Origin: Octopus vulgaris
Lineage: Eukaryota
Direction: 5' to 3'
Assembly (NCBI GenBank): GCA_951406725.2
Contig: OX597821.1
Span: 84,754,001-84,818,000, forward strand
Length of the DNA: 64,000 bases
The position numbers and the translations under genes are program-made. The notes beneath the pieces are model-generated. The model was not told the DNA's origin. It ran no database searches and saw nothing but the letters and a program-made list of their open reading frames with translations. Numbering within the stretch: the first letter of the stretch is position 1; every line of letters starts with the position of its first letter. Of this stretch, positions 1-13,605 are shown in pieces.

Positions 1-1066
1 CCCAACCACTAGAATTATATATGGGCCTCCTAAAAAGCTTATGACGTATCAAAAGTATTACACTCCTTGGCAGGAGGCCTCCTAGATTTTGAGGCCCTGG
101 ACTTCAGCATACAAAGCCAATACGTAATCCGGCAGGGGAAGAGTAATTTAATTTGAGGGAAGTTTGGTTGTTATTTCTAACATACTGAAGGGCCTTGTAG
201 AAAGGCTCTTTACCTATAGGGTCCAGTACCTTACACTTGTGTCTGTAGCAACATACGTTGTGTCATCATTTGTCACTGGACAACAATTTATTTTCGCTTT
301 CACTAGACAAAAAATCCAAACTTTTTTTCATTACTTACCGAACCCTTCGCTCAATATGAAGCATAAGTCATCGACGATTTTCTCCGCTGGCCTCGACTCT
401 GGGTTGCCATTAAGGCCTTCATCTCTCAGATCTTATTGATTTTGAATTACCATCTATACTTCTGTAAAATATGGTTTTTGTTCTAGATAGGAGCGTGGCC
501 CCTACGCAAACCCACCTTTACCCCTGGGGTGAGATGCTCCATATTAGTCTGGCCTTTGACCTTTGACCTGTTCAGCATCGGAGGCATTACCAAGAACTTG
601 CGCTTTACTGGTGTAATTCTCAGGGTGACTGAAGCTCAGAAGCCACTACATGGCCACAAAGATTGGACTCCGTGGTGGAATATTTTTTTTTGGTAGAAAG
701 TAGAAAATGAATTATTTTGGCGTTCATGCTTTTCTCAAACACAAATTGAAACTGTATCTCGGATTTAGTTTACCTTGAACTTCTATCTACTCCACAATTT
801 CACCACAACTGATGATAAGATATCACTCGAATGGACCAATATTCACTCGCGTCATCAATATGACTTAAATATCGATTGTTTCCGGAAACCCGAGACTGAT
901 ATTTATTAAGAGGTCGCCGCCGTCTCGTGGTCGTCGTCATTTCGTCGTCGTCATCGTCGATGTGTTGGTGGTGGTGGTGGCCGTCGTCATTGTCGCCATC
1001 GTGACCATCATCGTTATCGTCGTCGACGTCATCGTTATCATTGCTGCTTTGAACTCGGTCACTCCT

Positions 1067-1067
1067 G

Positions 1068-1105
<38 letters not shown>

Positions 1106-1113
1106 CGAGAGAG

Positions 1114-1194
<81 letters not shown>
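1067..1194. repeat. (GA)n microsatellite, representative of dozens of TA, TG, GA, TATG, GATA, TTA and CTA tracts across the window
   Basis: Direct inspection. Confidence 0.98.
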
Positions 1195-1198
<4 letters not shown>

Positions 1199-1402
1199 AA
1201 ATCTATGCAATTCAAGTCATGACCATCCCGTCTGTCATTATTTTTCCAGGATATTATATTTAGAATTACGTCATTATTCCCCTCTTTAAAACTGTTGGGA
1301 GTGAAAGTATTTCTAGTGATTATGACGGTGTTGTGGAAGAGAACCTTCCACAGTACAATTGTCATCTACAGGAAGGAATCGTAGAGAGATCTATTTTTGT
1401 TC

Positions 1403-1722
1403 GTATGTATGTCATTATCCACTTTTATTTCAAGGTTTCTCGCCAACAGCGAAAGAGCCAGTTTCTCACCGAGATCCTAGTCTCTTTCATTGGAATTTCA
1501 ACATCAACAACAGGGTATGTATGTATGTATGTATGTATGTATGTATGTATGTATGTATGTGTGTGTATATGTGCAGATTTATATGTTTTGTTTTATGTAT
1601 ATCTTCTCATGCATATCTAGGCATGCTCATATATACTCAAATGATAAACTTCGGGAAAGTTTTACAGATTTTTACAGTTCCAGTCATGGCTTCGATGTGT
1701 AGTCTTTGAATCAGCTTTCTCC
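1403..1722 (-). mobile_element. Shorter copy of the same R4/Dong-like LINE 3' end
   Basis: RKLIQRLHIEAMTGTVKICKTFPKFII* and a 3' UTR homologous to 12519-12965; (TATG)n flanks. Confidence 0.8.
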
Positions 1723-2258
1723 ATGTATGTATGTATGTATGCATGTATGTATGTATGTATGTATGTATGTATTTATGTATGTATGTATGTATGTATGTAT
1801 GTATGTATGTATTTATGTATGTATGTATGTATGTATGTATGTATGTATGTATGTATGTACGTATGTATGTATGTATGGATGGATGGATGGATGGATGGAT
1901 GGATGGATGGATGGATGTGTGTTTGTTTGTGTGTGTGTGTACATGTATACACACATGCACAAATACATGTACATACAAGTATATTTTAATTCTATATACA
2001 CGTAGTTATATATGTATTCACACATACACACACACACACATACACACACATACACACACACACACACACACACAGTTCAAATGTATACAAAACAAAAGAC
2101 AGAGAGAGAACAAGTGTACCAGTTTGACGCTCAGGAAAAACGGAAGAGTCTTTGAGGTTTCGAGCCTACTTTCCTCGACTGGAAAGGAAAAGAGGAAAAA
2201 GCGAAGGAAAAAAAACGGAGAGGGCAGTATATATATATATATATAAATACATACATAT

Positions 2259-2358
<100 letters not shown>

Positions 2359-2477
2359 ATATATAGTTTACGGTACCATTAAGGTAAAATCCACAAAAAA
2401 TGTACTCCATCTAGTGAAAGAAAAATATCAGTGTACATAATATATATATATATATTATGTACACTGATATATATATA

Positions 2478-4004
2478 CAGTCAGTAAGAACAAGTGTATT
2501 GAAATAGTTATTACAGAAGTTTAGTAAAACGTTGAGACTAGATATTTAGATATATCTAATATCTATCTTTCGTGAAATTTTCAAGTGAACGGACTAAATA
2601 TTTTGTAAGTTACGAGGAAATAAACAAAGAATCTTCCAAACTGCAACGGTCAAAAGTTAAGGGTTACTTAGAAAAACAATGAAAAATGCAACAAGAACAA
2701 AAAAGAAACGATTACTATAAATATTTTGTGAACAGCTTTTTACTATCAATGACCTCCTGACATCTGTTACCACAGGACTGAATTCATTTCTTGCAAAATG
2801 ATGGAGGAATATTCTCCCATTCGTTTTTCAATAATTCCCAGAGTTAATCTTGGTGTTTCGGATTTCTCCTTCGCACCCCATCTCCAATAATCTTCCAAAC
2901 GTTTTCTATAGGGTTGAGATCGGGACTTTTAGGTGGCCAGTCCATGAGATCAACCCCTTCATCACTCAAAAAATCTTTGTCTCTCTTCGCAGTGGGTAGG
3001 AAGCGATGTCCTGCTCAAAGATGGGAGGTTGAACAGACGCAGATCGGAGATGTGGAAGGGCATGTTGTCTAAGAATCTGGTTGTAGATTTCAGCATTGTC
3101 AGTCCCTTGTAGGCGAGTAAGTGGACCAAGGCCAGCAGCAGAGATCACTCCCCATATCATTACACTGCCTTCTCCATATTTAATTGTCTTCTCCACACAT
3201 GCACAAGATAACCTTTCGTCACATCTTCATCGGACGTACATCCCGCCATCAGAATCAATCACATTAAACTTCGATTCATCGCTAAAATGAACCTGCGCAA
3301 ATGACATGACAAAGACGGGCTGTTTGATTCTTCTTGGAGATCAGAGGTTTCTTTGCCGGTGCCCGAACAAGCAACCCAGAACCTCGTAACCTCCGAGAAA
3401 CTGTTTTGCGCGATACGTTGACATCGGATGTGGAGCTAAACTCGCAGGATATCTCAGCAGAACTCTTAAACCTTTCCTTCAGTGACATTCTAACCATAAT
3501 ACGATCTTGTTTTGAAGTTTTATTAGGTCTACCGGTTTGGGGTTTAGCATCTGTCGATTCTGATGACTTAAAACGATCTACAATTTGTTGCACAACACTT
3601 CTAGTCCTTCCTACAATTCGACAGAATTTGACTTGTCCTCTTGGTGAAGGCTCACAATCCTTTGTTTTTCATCACAGGTCGTCTCTCATAAGCCGCCATG
3701 TTGACAATTAAATGTTTCAATAATGTAAGATCATAAGAAGTAAATGTTAGTCCATTAACAGTCTTCTAAACAACAAATACCTCGGTTTGTAGTTCATTTT
3801 TTTCTGAGTGATCCTTAACTTTCGGCAGCTGCAATTTGGAAGGTTGTTTGTGTATTTCCTCATAACATACGAAATATTTATTCCATTCACTTGGAATTTT
3901 CACGAAAGATAGATATTGGATTTATCTGTGTAAAATATCTACTCTTAACGTGTTGTTAATCTTCCATGATAACTATTTCAATACACTTGTTCTTATTGAC
4001 ACTT
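2478..4004 (-). mobile_element. Degenerate Tc1 DNA transposon with about 210-bp TIRs and a frameshifted transposase
   Basis: TIRs at about 2478-2686 and 3793-4004 (AAGAACAAGTGTATTGAAATAGTTAT), TA flanks. ORFs 3593-3282 (GRPNKTS...VSRKTVSRRL...KKPLIS) and 3196-2966 (TIKYGEGSVMIWGVIS...FEQD) carry Tc1 motifs. Confidence 0.92.
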
Positions 4005-4350
4005 ATATTATGGCCGCTAACTATTTTCCTCCCGTTCTGGCCTAACGACCCTCCACGTTTGTTTCCTTATATGTCTCTACTGTTATTTTTATGTTTCCAA
4101 CTTTGAGCCTCCATAAATCCTAAATTTTGTTTTAGAATTTATGGGAGCTACTGTCTTTGAAGACTCATATTGTCGTTAAATGCTCGAAATGAGGAGTAGA
4201 TAGACAGCCGACAACTGATGAAGGGGCTTTTCTCTGTGTTTACTTGTCCTGTTTTCCATTCTTTTTCGTTGTTCACGTATTTCATGTTATTTGCACTCCT
4301 GGTGACGTCCCGTGCCCATATATACATGTATATGTATATATATATAATAA

Positions 4351-4411
<61 letters not shown>

Positions 4412-4429
4412 CATACATACATACATACA

Positions 4430-4505
<76 letters not shown>

Positions 4506-4531
4506 CATACATACATACATACATACATACA

Positions 4532-4578
<47 letters not shown>

Positions 4579-4657
4579 TATTATATATATATATATGTAT
4601 CATATTATATATATATATAAATTATATATTATTTATATATGTGTGTATGTATGTATG

Positions 4658-4691
<34 letters not shown>

Positions 4692-4695
4692 TGTG

Positions 4696-6190
4696 AGAAT
4701 GTTTAGACAATTTCATGACAAGATGGAAGTGAGAGCTAATGTTGGAGGTACCTTATCAGATCCAGTTTCTGTAGAAAATGGTGTAAAGCAAGGTGATATT
4801 TCTGCTCCTACACTGTTTGCTATATATTTTGCAATAGTCTTTCAAATCGCTTTTGAAGATGGCCCTGAATGGGTCTATATAAGATATAGGACAGCAGGAA
4901 AACTGTTCAATCTCAAAAGCCTTTGTGCCACAACGAAAGCTATGCATTCTCACCACGTTGAGTTCTTGTATGCAGATGATTGTGACCTGTTGGCACATTC
5001 TCAGAAAGATATGCAGCACATGGTGAATGCGATTTCTGCAGCATGTGCAGCATTGGATCTAACAATCAATCTAAAAACAAACTGTTATAATGTACCAGCC
5101 CACTCCCTCCTTTTGTAACTGTGAATGGTCAACGGTTGGAGACTGTCCCTAGATTTGTTTATTTAGGAAGTACCTTGAGCACTGCTGGTCTCGATGATGA
5201 GATTTCATACAGAATCAACAGGGCTAGAAGTGCTTTTGGTAGGCTTGATAGGCGTCTGTGGAAACAACTTAATATATCTTCACAAATTAAAGTTAAGGTA
5301 TATAATACATGCGTCCTCCTATCTTTGCTATATGGAAGTGAGGTATGGGTTGTTTACTGTAGGTAGGTAAGGCAATTGGAACGATTTCATCAATACTGTC
5401 TGAAAAATATTTGGGGGATAAACTGGAAAATGGCCATTAGTGATGTGGAATTGCTTGAGAGGAGTGGCAGCAGAAGTATAGAGTCAATGATTTTGCAAAG
5501 ACTTTTGAGGTGGGTAGGGGGACATTTGGCAAGGATGAATGATGAGCGACTGTCCAAGCAGCTATTGTATGGTGAGCTGGTAGATGGCAGGAGACCAGCG
5601 CATAAGCCTAAACTAAGGTTTAAGGATTGCCTTAAAAAGCTCTAATACACACAAGAATTGCAGTTGGTAATTGGGAGAGGGAAGCACAAGACCGTGATGG
5701 ATGGAGGAAGATAGTGTATGATGGGTGTTCAAGGTTTGAGCGGGAGAGAGTGAAGTATGAGAGAATTAGGAGGGGCTTAGAAGTGGGGAACCTGTGGAAA
5801 GTGAGAGAGTGTTGCTTTCTGTGTGTGGTTTGTGAAAGGAGGTGTTTGAGTCGTGCAGGCCTGGTGAGCCATCAAAATTCTCATAGAAATCGACCCATGA
5901 TAAACAATGATGTGGCTATTAAAACACATAATGGAACGTGTGTCAAATGTGGAAGGGTGTGCCTCTCAGTTGGAAGTCTAAAATGACATTTTAGGAGAGT
6001 GTATATGGTGGCATCTGTTTCTCCTGCCAGCCAGTACTGTTGTCTAGTATGCAATAAAATGTGTAAAAGCTTGGCCAGGCTTAAAAGTCATAGAAGGGCA
6101 TCACATGGCAACAATCATGAATCATTTCAGCAAGTCTTCTTGGCAATGGCTTTTCTCGTGTAACGAGGATGCAGCTGTGTGTGATGTATG
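4696..6190 (+). mobile_element. 5'-truncated RTE-clade LINE (RT pseudogene, C-terminal zinc fingers, 3' hairpin)
   Basis: GVKQGDISAPTLF, YRTAGKLFNL, LYADD, FVYLGSTLS, LLYGSEVW, LRWVGGHLARM. Stops and frameshifts present. 3' stem-loop CTCGT-GTA-ACGAG followed by a TG-rich tail. Confidence 0.93.
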
Positions 6191-7215
6191 TATATTTCTA
6201 GGAAAGAGCAGACGCGTAGACTTGCGGATGTGTAGACTCACGGTTTCCGGGATGGGAGGAAGTAACAAAGAAGTCGTAATCTTTGCTTGGAAAAAAATCA
6301 AAAGAAAAAGGACACATTTTTTTTGTTTGAATAATATAAACAATTAAAGTAATAAAACAAAAAATAGGAGGTTGTGCTGAAAAGTCCCTGACTTTGGGTA
6401 AAAGAAGATACAAGAAGATCAGTTAATTATGACTTTATTAAACACGAGAAAAACGCCCCCCCGTCCAATGGACGGTACTGAGTTGTCAAACATTTAAACC
6501 AAATTTTTCTCAAAACAACTTGTCCGACCGTTCCATAGGCCTCCCCTGTGAGAAACACTGATTTAACCTAAATTTGAGTCACCAGCAAAAGAAGAAATAA
6601 AGATAGACTTTTTTCTCTTCCAAAGAAAAACAATTTCCCACGGCTTTATCGATCGCATTCTCACCTGGAATCGATTTTTGTAATTTTTTCAAGACTTATA
6701 CATGCCCTGATACCTTCGGTATCTACATATCAAATTTTAGATCGTATTTTAGATCATTTATTAACTGGCAGTGTATGACTTGTACACAATTTGTATATGA
6801 TGGTATTATACATGTATAAAAAACAGACAACTTTTTATGTAGTTTCTTTAGCAAAATAAGACAATTAAACAAAAGAAAGTCAATCATTTATTGACAATAA
6901 CTGGCATGTACGTATTGGAAGCACCTTACATAGTATCATGGTATTACATGTATATTTAATAGTTTTAATGTTGATGATTAAGACGAATATTCCAGCCGAC
7001 GCTACGAAAATAACTCAGCCATTGCCTTGTAGTTTTCCGGTGTTTTTCTAGTGACTCTTTTGCCTGTGACTTTGTTCCTGGACTCGAACCACGATCCAAG
7101 AATAACACGAGATGAGGTTTCTTCCCTTCTTTCTTCTATCAGTTTCAGTGGCCCTGCAACGGTATTGGCGATTCTACATATTTCACTCCTCCAAGTCATA
7201 TAACCCTCATACACA

Positions 7216-7260
<45 letters not shown>

Positions 7261-7610
7261 TATTCAGAGAAGAAGAAGAGAAGTGAGTCAGATATCCTAT
7301 TTTTGAGGTATTTCTTTTGTGTTTGAATGTACACGGTATTCTTCTCTGAATAATATATAGTCTATTGACTAAATTTTTCCTGCTCGCTAGACCACTGGTA
7401 ACTAAGAAATTTTTCGATAAATATTCTTGCTACCCTATGATTTTAAATAATGATAAAATGTTTTTTGGCTAATTCTGGAAGAAAATCAGCAATTTATTTA
7501 TTTATTTAGTGCCGGTTGAGTTCCGCATCTGCGCGGTAGATTCGAAAAATTAGAACCTATAAACACGTGGCTGATTACTTATAGCTCCGTGTCTATGTGT
7601 TCAGTCCTGG

Positions 7611-7703
7611 CAACCTACTGAAGAAGCAGCGCCAGATATAGACTGAAATTATCTTATTTGAATCTGTATTTAAGTCTGCAGAAACCTTGCAGGGTCTACG
7701 ATT
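7611..7703 (+). ncRNA. Degenerate hammerhead motif with long stem II, between direct repeats 7283-7347 and 7780-7844
   Basis: CTGAAGA-A-GCAG...CTGC-A-GAAACCTTGCAGGGTC; stem I partly mismatched. Confidence 0.55.
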
Positions 7704-7836
7704 AAGGTAAAAGTTTTTATTTTTCAATCACTTTCGGAATTACAACAATTAGTGGCTTGGAGTTTAACTGCTCTTTCTAGTGAGTCAGATATCCTATTTT
7801 TTTGGTATCTCTTTTGTGTTTGAATGTACACGGTAT

Positions 7837-8004
<168 letters not shown>

Positions 8005-8159
8005 GTATATTTAAATCTAAAATAATAAGGGTGAAAAATTGTATATTAATTTGATTAATATGAATTGAAAACCAGTGGTGTAGCATATAAGACCTTAGCG
8101 GATCTTCTAGCAAAATGGATGTCCACTGTTAATGGTTCATCCCTCTTATATAATAGTTT

Positions 8160-8395
8160 CACTTTATTAGTTTCAGAGAAATGGAAAGACAAGACGTCAA
8201 CAAGAAACTATGGTATTACAACCAGCCAGGAACAGTCTTCGCTACATTTGCGGTACCTGCCAGAGGGAGTGTTTGTCCAGGATAGGACTACACAGCCACA
8301 GCAGGAAATGTATCAGGACATGAAATGTAAAAGCCGGACTAGACTACTTTATGCGCAACTCCATTGTCTCCCGAGACAAAAAGGATGCCAACCAT
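8160..8395 (+). mobile_element. RTE LINE 3' fragment
   Basis: YICGTCQRECLSRIGLHSHSRKC zinc finger, then a 3' hairpin GTCTC-CC-GAGAC. Confidence 0.75.
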
Positions 8396-8747
8396 TAGTT
8401 TCAGTATTAAAGTGAAAGCATGTGACATTACAATAGAGATGTTTTTGTTTCACTTTTAACACGTAATACTGAAATAGTGGATAAGATATGATATTGCTGT
8501 GGGCTCGCCCTAGGCAAGAAGTTAAAAAAATTTTTGCCCATGTCACTACATGGACCCTAAGTAAGGCAAGTGTAAAATTTGAATGAAATTGGTTGTGTAG
8601 TTCTCAAGTTTTAGGGATTCGCACAGACAGACAGACACACATTCTCAGTTTTATATATATAGATATCATAGAAACAGCCGTAAGACCTATTTATAAATGT
8701 TCTAAAATCTACATAGCTTTGTTTTTTTTTATCTCATTACGAAAAAA

Positions 8748-8812
<65 letters not shown>

Positions 8813-9077
8813 TACATACATACATACATACATGCACTCCTACACACATTCCGATATGTTAATACATAAAAATTAGATATGCAATAGACGTACACATACA
8901 GATAACGCGCGCGCGCATACACATATACGCACAAAGGATTATATAAACACGTAATACACTCTTCCTGTTGACATTTAGCGTATTGTTTTTTTAATGCGTT
9001 CAGCCAAACAGAGTGACAGACGCACAGACAGACAGGCAGACAGACAGACAGACAGGCAGACAGACAGACAGACAGAC

Positions 9078-9210
<133 letters not shown>

Positions 9211-9237
9211 GATAGACTGACAGACAGACAGACAGAC

Positions 9238-9297
<60 letters not shown>

Positions 9298-9298
<1 letters not shown>

Positions 9299-9692
9299 TG
9301 TTTCTTTATTAGCCACACCGGGCTGCACACAGATAGAACAAATTACAAGGTAGAGCTTTTCTTTTGAAGGGTTAGAAAAAAAAAAAAAAAAAAAAAAGGA
9401 AGGGGGGAGTTTCGATCAAAAGGGATCGTAAAAGGAGAGAAAGAGGACAAAAAAAAGGGGGGTTAAAAAAAGGGGGGAGGAAAAAAATTGATCAATAGGG
9501 ATCGTTATCACAGAAATGTCAATATGAAGTGTAAAGGGGAGGACAGGTGAGGTTTACCCGTGGAAAGAAAAGCCTACGGAAAAGACCACGGTAACCTCGG
9601 TCAATGAAGTCACATTTTATATTTCTTTTTTTTTTTTTTTTTTTTTTGCAAATAAGCAACTCTCTGTTTTCGATTTCTGGGTTCATAGGACT
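9298..9692 (-). mobile_element. Putative LINE 3'-UTR fragment inserted in (GATA)n
   Basis: U-rich minus strand ending TGTGGCTAATAAAGAAAC; GATA repeats on both sides; no ORF visible. Confidence 0.5.
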
Positions 9693-9833
9693 GATAGATA
9701 GATAGATGGATAGATAGATGCTGAAGAGCAGACAGACAAATAGATGTCAGACAGAGAGAAAACTTAAAGTCTAATTGACATTTAATTAAGTGAAATACGC
9801 ATACACACGCGTGTGCATGTGTTATTCATACAT

Positions 9834-9868
<35 letters not shown>

Positions 9869-9880
9869 AACTCACACACG

Positions 9881-9925
<45 letters not shown>

Positions 9926-10879
9926 GTGTAATAAATAAAATATATGCATACATACATACATATATGTACGTACCTACATCAACATGCATATATAAATATA
10001 TATACATGAGTACAGGACACCAAAAATAGACGTAGAACTCAACGAGAAACGAAAACGTAAAAACAAACATGGAAACGGACCTTTTTTTACAACGAAAAAA
10101 CAGAGTACAAGACAAACTACACAAGGAAAATTCCCCTTCATCAGCTGTCCCCTAGTTCAACTCCAGCGTGTTTCGAAGGTGATGTGTATGTATGTATGTA
10201 TGTATGTATGTATGTATGTATGTATGTATGTATGTACGTATGTATGTATGTATGTATGTATGTATGTATGTATGTATGTATGTATGTATGTATGTATGTA
10301 TGTATGTATGCATCATAAGTATTTATTTTATAATTTACGTCTTTAGATTTTTGTTTCCAAAACTTTATTCGGTATTTTTTTTTTACGATTTCTGTCTCTT
10401 TCAGTCGACGCGTTGCCCTTTATCAAAGGAATGCTAAAAGTAGAAGAAGGGAGAGAAAGCAATGGGAAGCTAAAGGTGATGCAGCATTGCCCTCAAAACT
10501 ACTCACCTGAGGACATCTGAGAATACCACTTCAGCTGGATCATATTTATAAAAAAAATCTATATAATATTATCTGTAATATGTGAAACAAACAGGGAAGC
10601 AACTTTGTAAGGTCCAAGCCATTTCTGCTCCAATTTTCCTCCCATCTATTATTTTTCAGCGACACCAGCGATTTAACTGTAATATTTGATTCATTGGCAC
10701 TGTGTCTCCAATCATAATCTTAAAGTAAAAAAACAAAAAATAGGAGGTTGTGCTGGAAAGTTCCTCACTTTGAGTACAAGAAGATCAGTTAATTATGACT
10801 TTATTAAACATATTCCCTTCTCAAATCCGCATACTTATTTGCAGCGGTCCTTCAGTTTGGAGATGCTCTGAGCTTTGGA

Positions 10880-11374
10880 TATATTTTCCATTACTTTTGA
10901 TTCTGCATCATTCCTGGCCTCTGCTGTTTGCCCAGTTAAGTCCCTAACAGTGACGTTTGTTTTTTCCTCTGTCTGACTTTCTTTGTCTGGGCCAATGTCA
11001 AGATAAACTACTATTACAGGTTATCTTCTAAATATATTACACTAAAAGGAGTATCTCCAATGCTGGCATGAACCGATGTTCCGTATCCGAAAAGAATTGG
11101 TTTTATCTGCAGGTCCCAATCATCCTGATTCTCACAGACACACTTTACCAAAACCCTTTTCAAAGTTGGGTTGAATTTTTCCTACAAATAGGTATAAATT
11201 ACATGTGAGATAAAAATGACACAATAAGGCCCATTATACAGTAATGTAGCTGAATGTTCGAGGGGCATATGGCGTAGAGGCTAAGAGTGCGGGATACTAA
11301 CTCCAAGATTTCGAGTTCGATTCCAAGCAGTGACCTGAACAACAACAACAACAACAATAATAATAATAATAGTA

Positions 11375-11419
<45 letters not shown>

Positions 11420-11760
11420 TCGAAAAATACCTTAGGAATGAGAATTATTTATTTGTTTGGTGAAGCGATCTTACATTTGTGCCATATTTTCAAGCTCCAT
11501 TTTTACATGCCTCGTCTACCTATTTAGTGGATATTTTTAATTTGTAAAAGATCAGGATTGCATCGTCAACATACCTTACGTCTATAGGGGGATCGTCAAT
11601 AAATGTTAGACTTTTATCTATTTTTAAAATTCTTTCCTGACAGATTCCAAGATGATGTTGAAGAGGATAATGGATAGCATGCATGTGATCATGTCTCTGA
11701 GTTACATGTTCAAAACAATCCATCCGTCAGCAAACCATCTATGACCATGACACACTTGGT
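10880..11760 (-). mobile_element. Old RTE-like LINE RT remnant, interrupted by a SINE
   Basis: LSIILFNIILES and VRYVDDAILI fragments in different frames; degenerate C-terminal region to the left. Confidence 0.55.
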
Positions 11761-11769
11761 ATTGCTTAA

Positions 11770-12386
11770 CCCTTTAGCATTGAAATCAGCTTTATCAAGC
11801 CCAAATATTTTAATTACTTTGTGTTCACATCCGCCAGGTCCAGCTTTTCCCACCTACCCTCCAGTATCATTCTAAAAATAAAGTGGCTGTGAGGTAAGTA
11901 GCTTGCTAACCAACCACATGGTTGCGGGTTCAGTCCCACTGCGTGGCATCTTGGGCAAGTGTCTTCTGCTATAGCCTCGGGCCGACCAATGCCTTGTGAG
12001 TGGATTTGGTAGACGGAAACTGAAAGAAGCCTGTCGTATATATGTATATATATATGTGTGTGTGTGTGTGTTTCTGTGTCTGTGTTTGTCCCCCAACATC
12101 GCTTGACAACCGATGCTGGTGTGTTTACGTTCCCGTCACTTAGCGGTTCGGCAAAAGAGACCGATAGAATAAGTACTGGGCTTACAAAGAATAAGTCCCG
12201 GGGTCGATTTGCTCGACTAAGGGCGGTGCTCCAGCATGGCCGCAGTCAAATGACTGAAACAAGTAAAAGAGTAAAAGAGTAATTGTATCATCGAAAACTT
12301 GGAGCTACAATATCATGCATGATTAATTCAAAACAATGAGATTAAATAAGGATTACATTTGACAGGGGAATTTAAATGTTAAAGGG
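11770..12386. mobile_element. piggyBac-like MITE with a nested SINE
   Basis: TTAA|CCCTTTAGCATT ... AATGTTAAAGGG|TTAG. Confidence 0.7.
11880..12282 (+). mobile_element. tRNA-derived SINE family A (internal TA/TG microsatellite, GTAAAAGA tail)
   Basis: A/B-box-like GTGGCTGTG(A/T)GGTAAG and GGTTCAGTCCC; more than 8 copies in the window. Confidence 0.9.
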
Positions 12387-12518
12387 TTAGTAGTGCCTCT
12401 ATAACGTGCCCTGCCTCGGGGGTCTGCACCTATTACAGTCACCATCTGATGCAAGGAGTTTAAAAGTCAATGAAATTAAAGTGTAAGAGCACTTGGTGTT
12501 ATTTTGCTGCTTCATTGA

Positions 12519-13310
12519 CGTATGTATGTAATTATTCAGTTTATTTCAAAATTTCTGACCAATAAAGAAAGAACTGGTTCCTAACTTGGATCCAAGGTTC
12601 CTTCATTGGAATTTCAACATCAACAATAGGGTATATTTGTTTGTATGTATGCATGCATGCATGTATGTATGTATGTATGTATGTATGTATGTATGTATGT
12701 ATGTATGTATGTATGTATGTATGTACGTATGCATGTATGTATGTATGTATGTATGTATGTATGTATGTACGTGTATGTATGTATGTATGTATGTATGTAT
12801 GTATGTATGTGGAAATTTGTATGCTTTATGCATGTATTGTCATGCATACAGTTACATATCTAGACATGCTCATATATATTTAAATGATAAACTTCTGGAA
12901 AGTTTTACAGATCTTTACAGTTCCAGTGATGGATTGGATCTGTAGTCTTCGAATTAGCTTTCTCCTTTCTGGTTTTGAGAAACCTAATTTCTCAAGATTG
13001 GTATTTAGACAGTTTGTTACATATCCCAGGGCCCCAATAATTACAGGTATAAACTTGAACTTGTAATCTGGATAGAGTAACTGCAGATTTCTCAGTAGTT
13101 CAGCTTATGAGTCTGTTTCCCTGATCTTCAGCTTTATGTTTACACCCGCTGCGCAGCTAATTTCCACAACTGTGCACAGTTTCACTTCTAAATCCCAAAT
13201 CATTATATCAGGTCTGTTGTGCTTACATTTTATTGAGGTCTTCACTGGTACATTCCACCAGTATTCATTTTTATTATGAGTAGCTATGGCTTCTACCATA
13301 TTGTGGGTTA
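12519..13310 (-). mobile_element. 5'-truncated RLE-type (R4/Dong-like) LINE: endonuclease end plus 3' UTR
   Basis: WWNVPVKT..KHNRPDIMIWD...VVEISC...FIPVIIGALG...QSITGTVKICKTFQKFII*. Flanked by (TATG)n on both sides. Confidence 0.85.
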
Positions 13311-13518
13311 TGTATGTATGTATGTATGTATGTATGTATGTATGTATGTATGTATGTATGTATGTATGTATGTATGTATGTATGTATGTATGTATGTATG
13401 TATGTATGTATGTATGTGTATATATATATATTATGCATTAGTCTGTCGTGCTGGCGTTTCTGCCAGCTCGCTATAAAAATGCAAATAAAATATGCACATG
13501 TGTGTGTATGTATGTGTA

Positions 13519-13605
<87 letters not shown>

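Noticed and set aside
340-670. Possible internally deleted RTE-derived element
   Set aside because: The resemblance is from memory only and too degraded to support.
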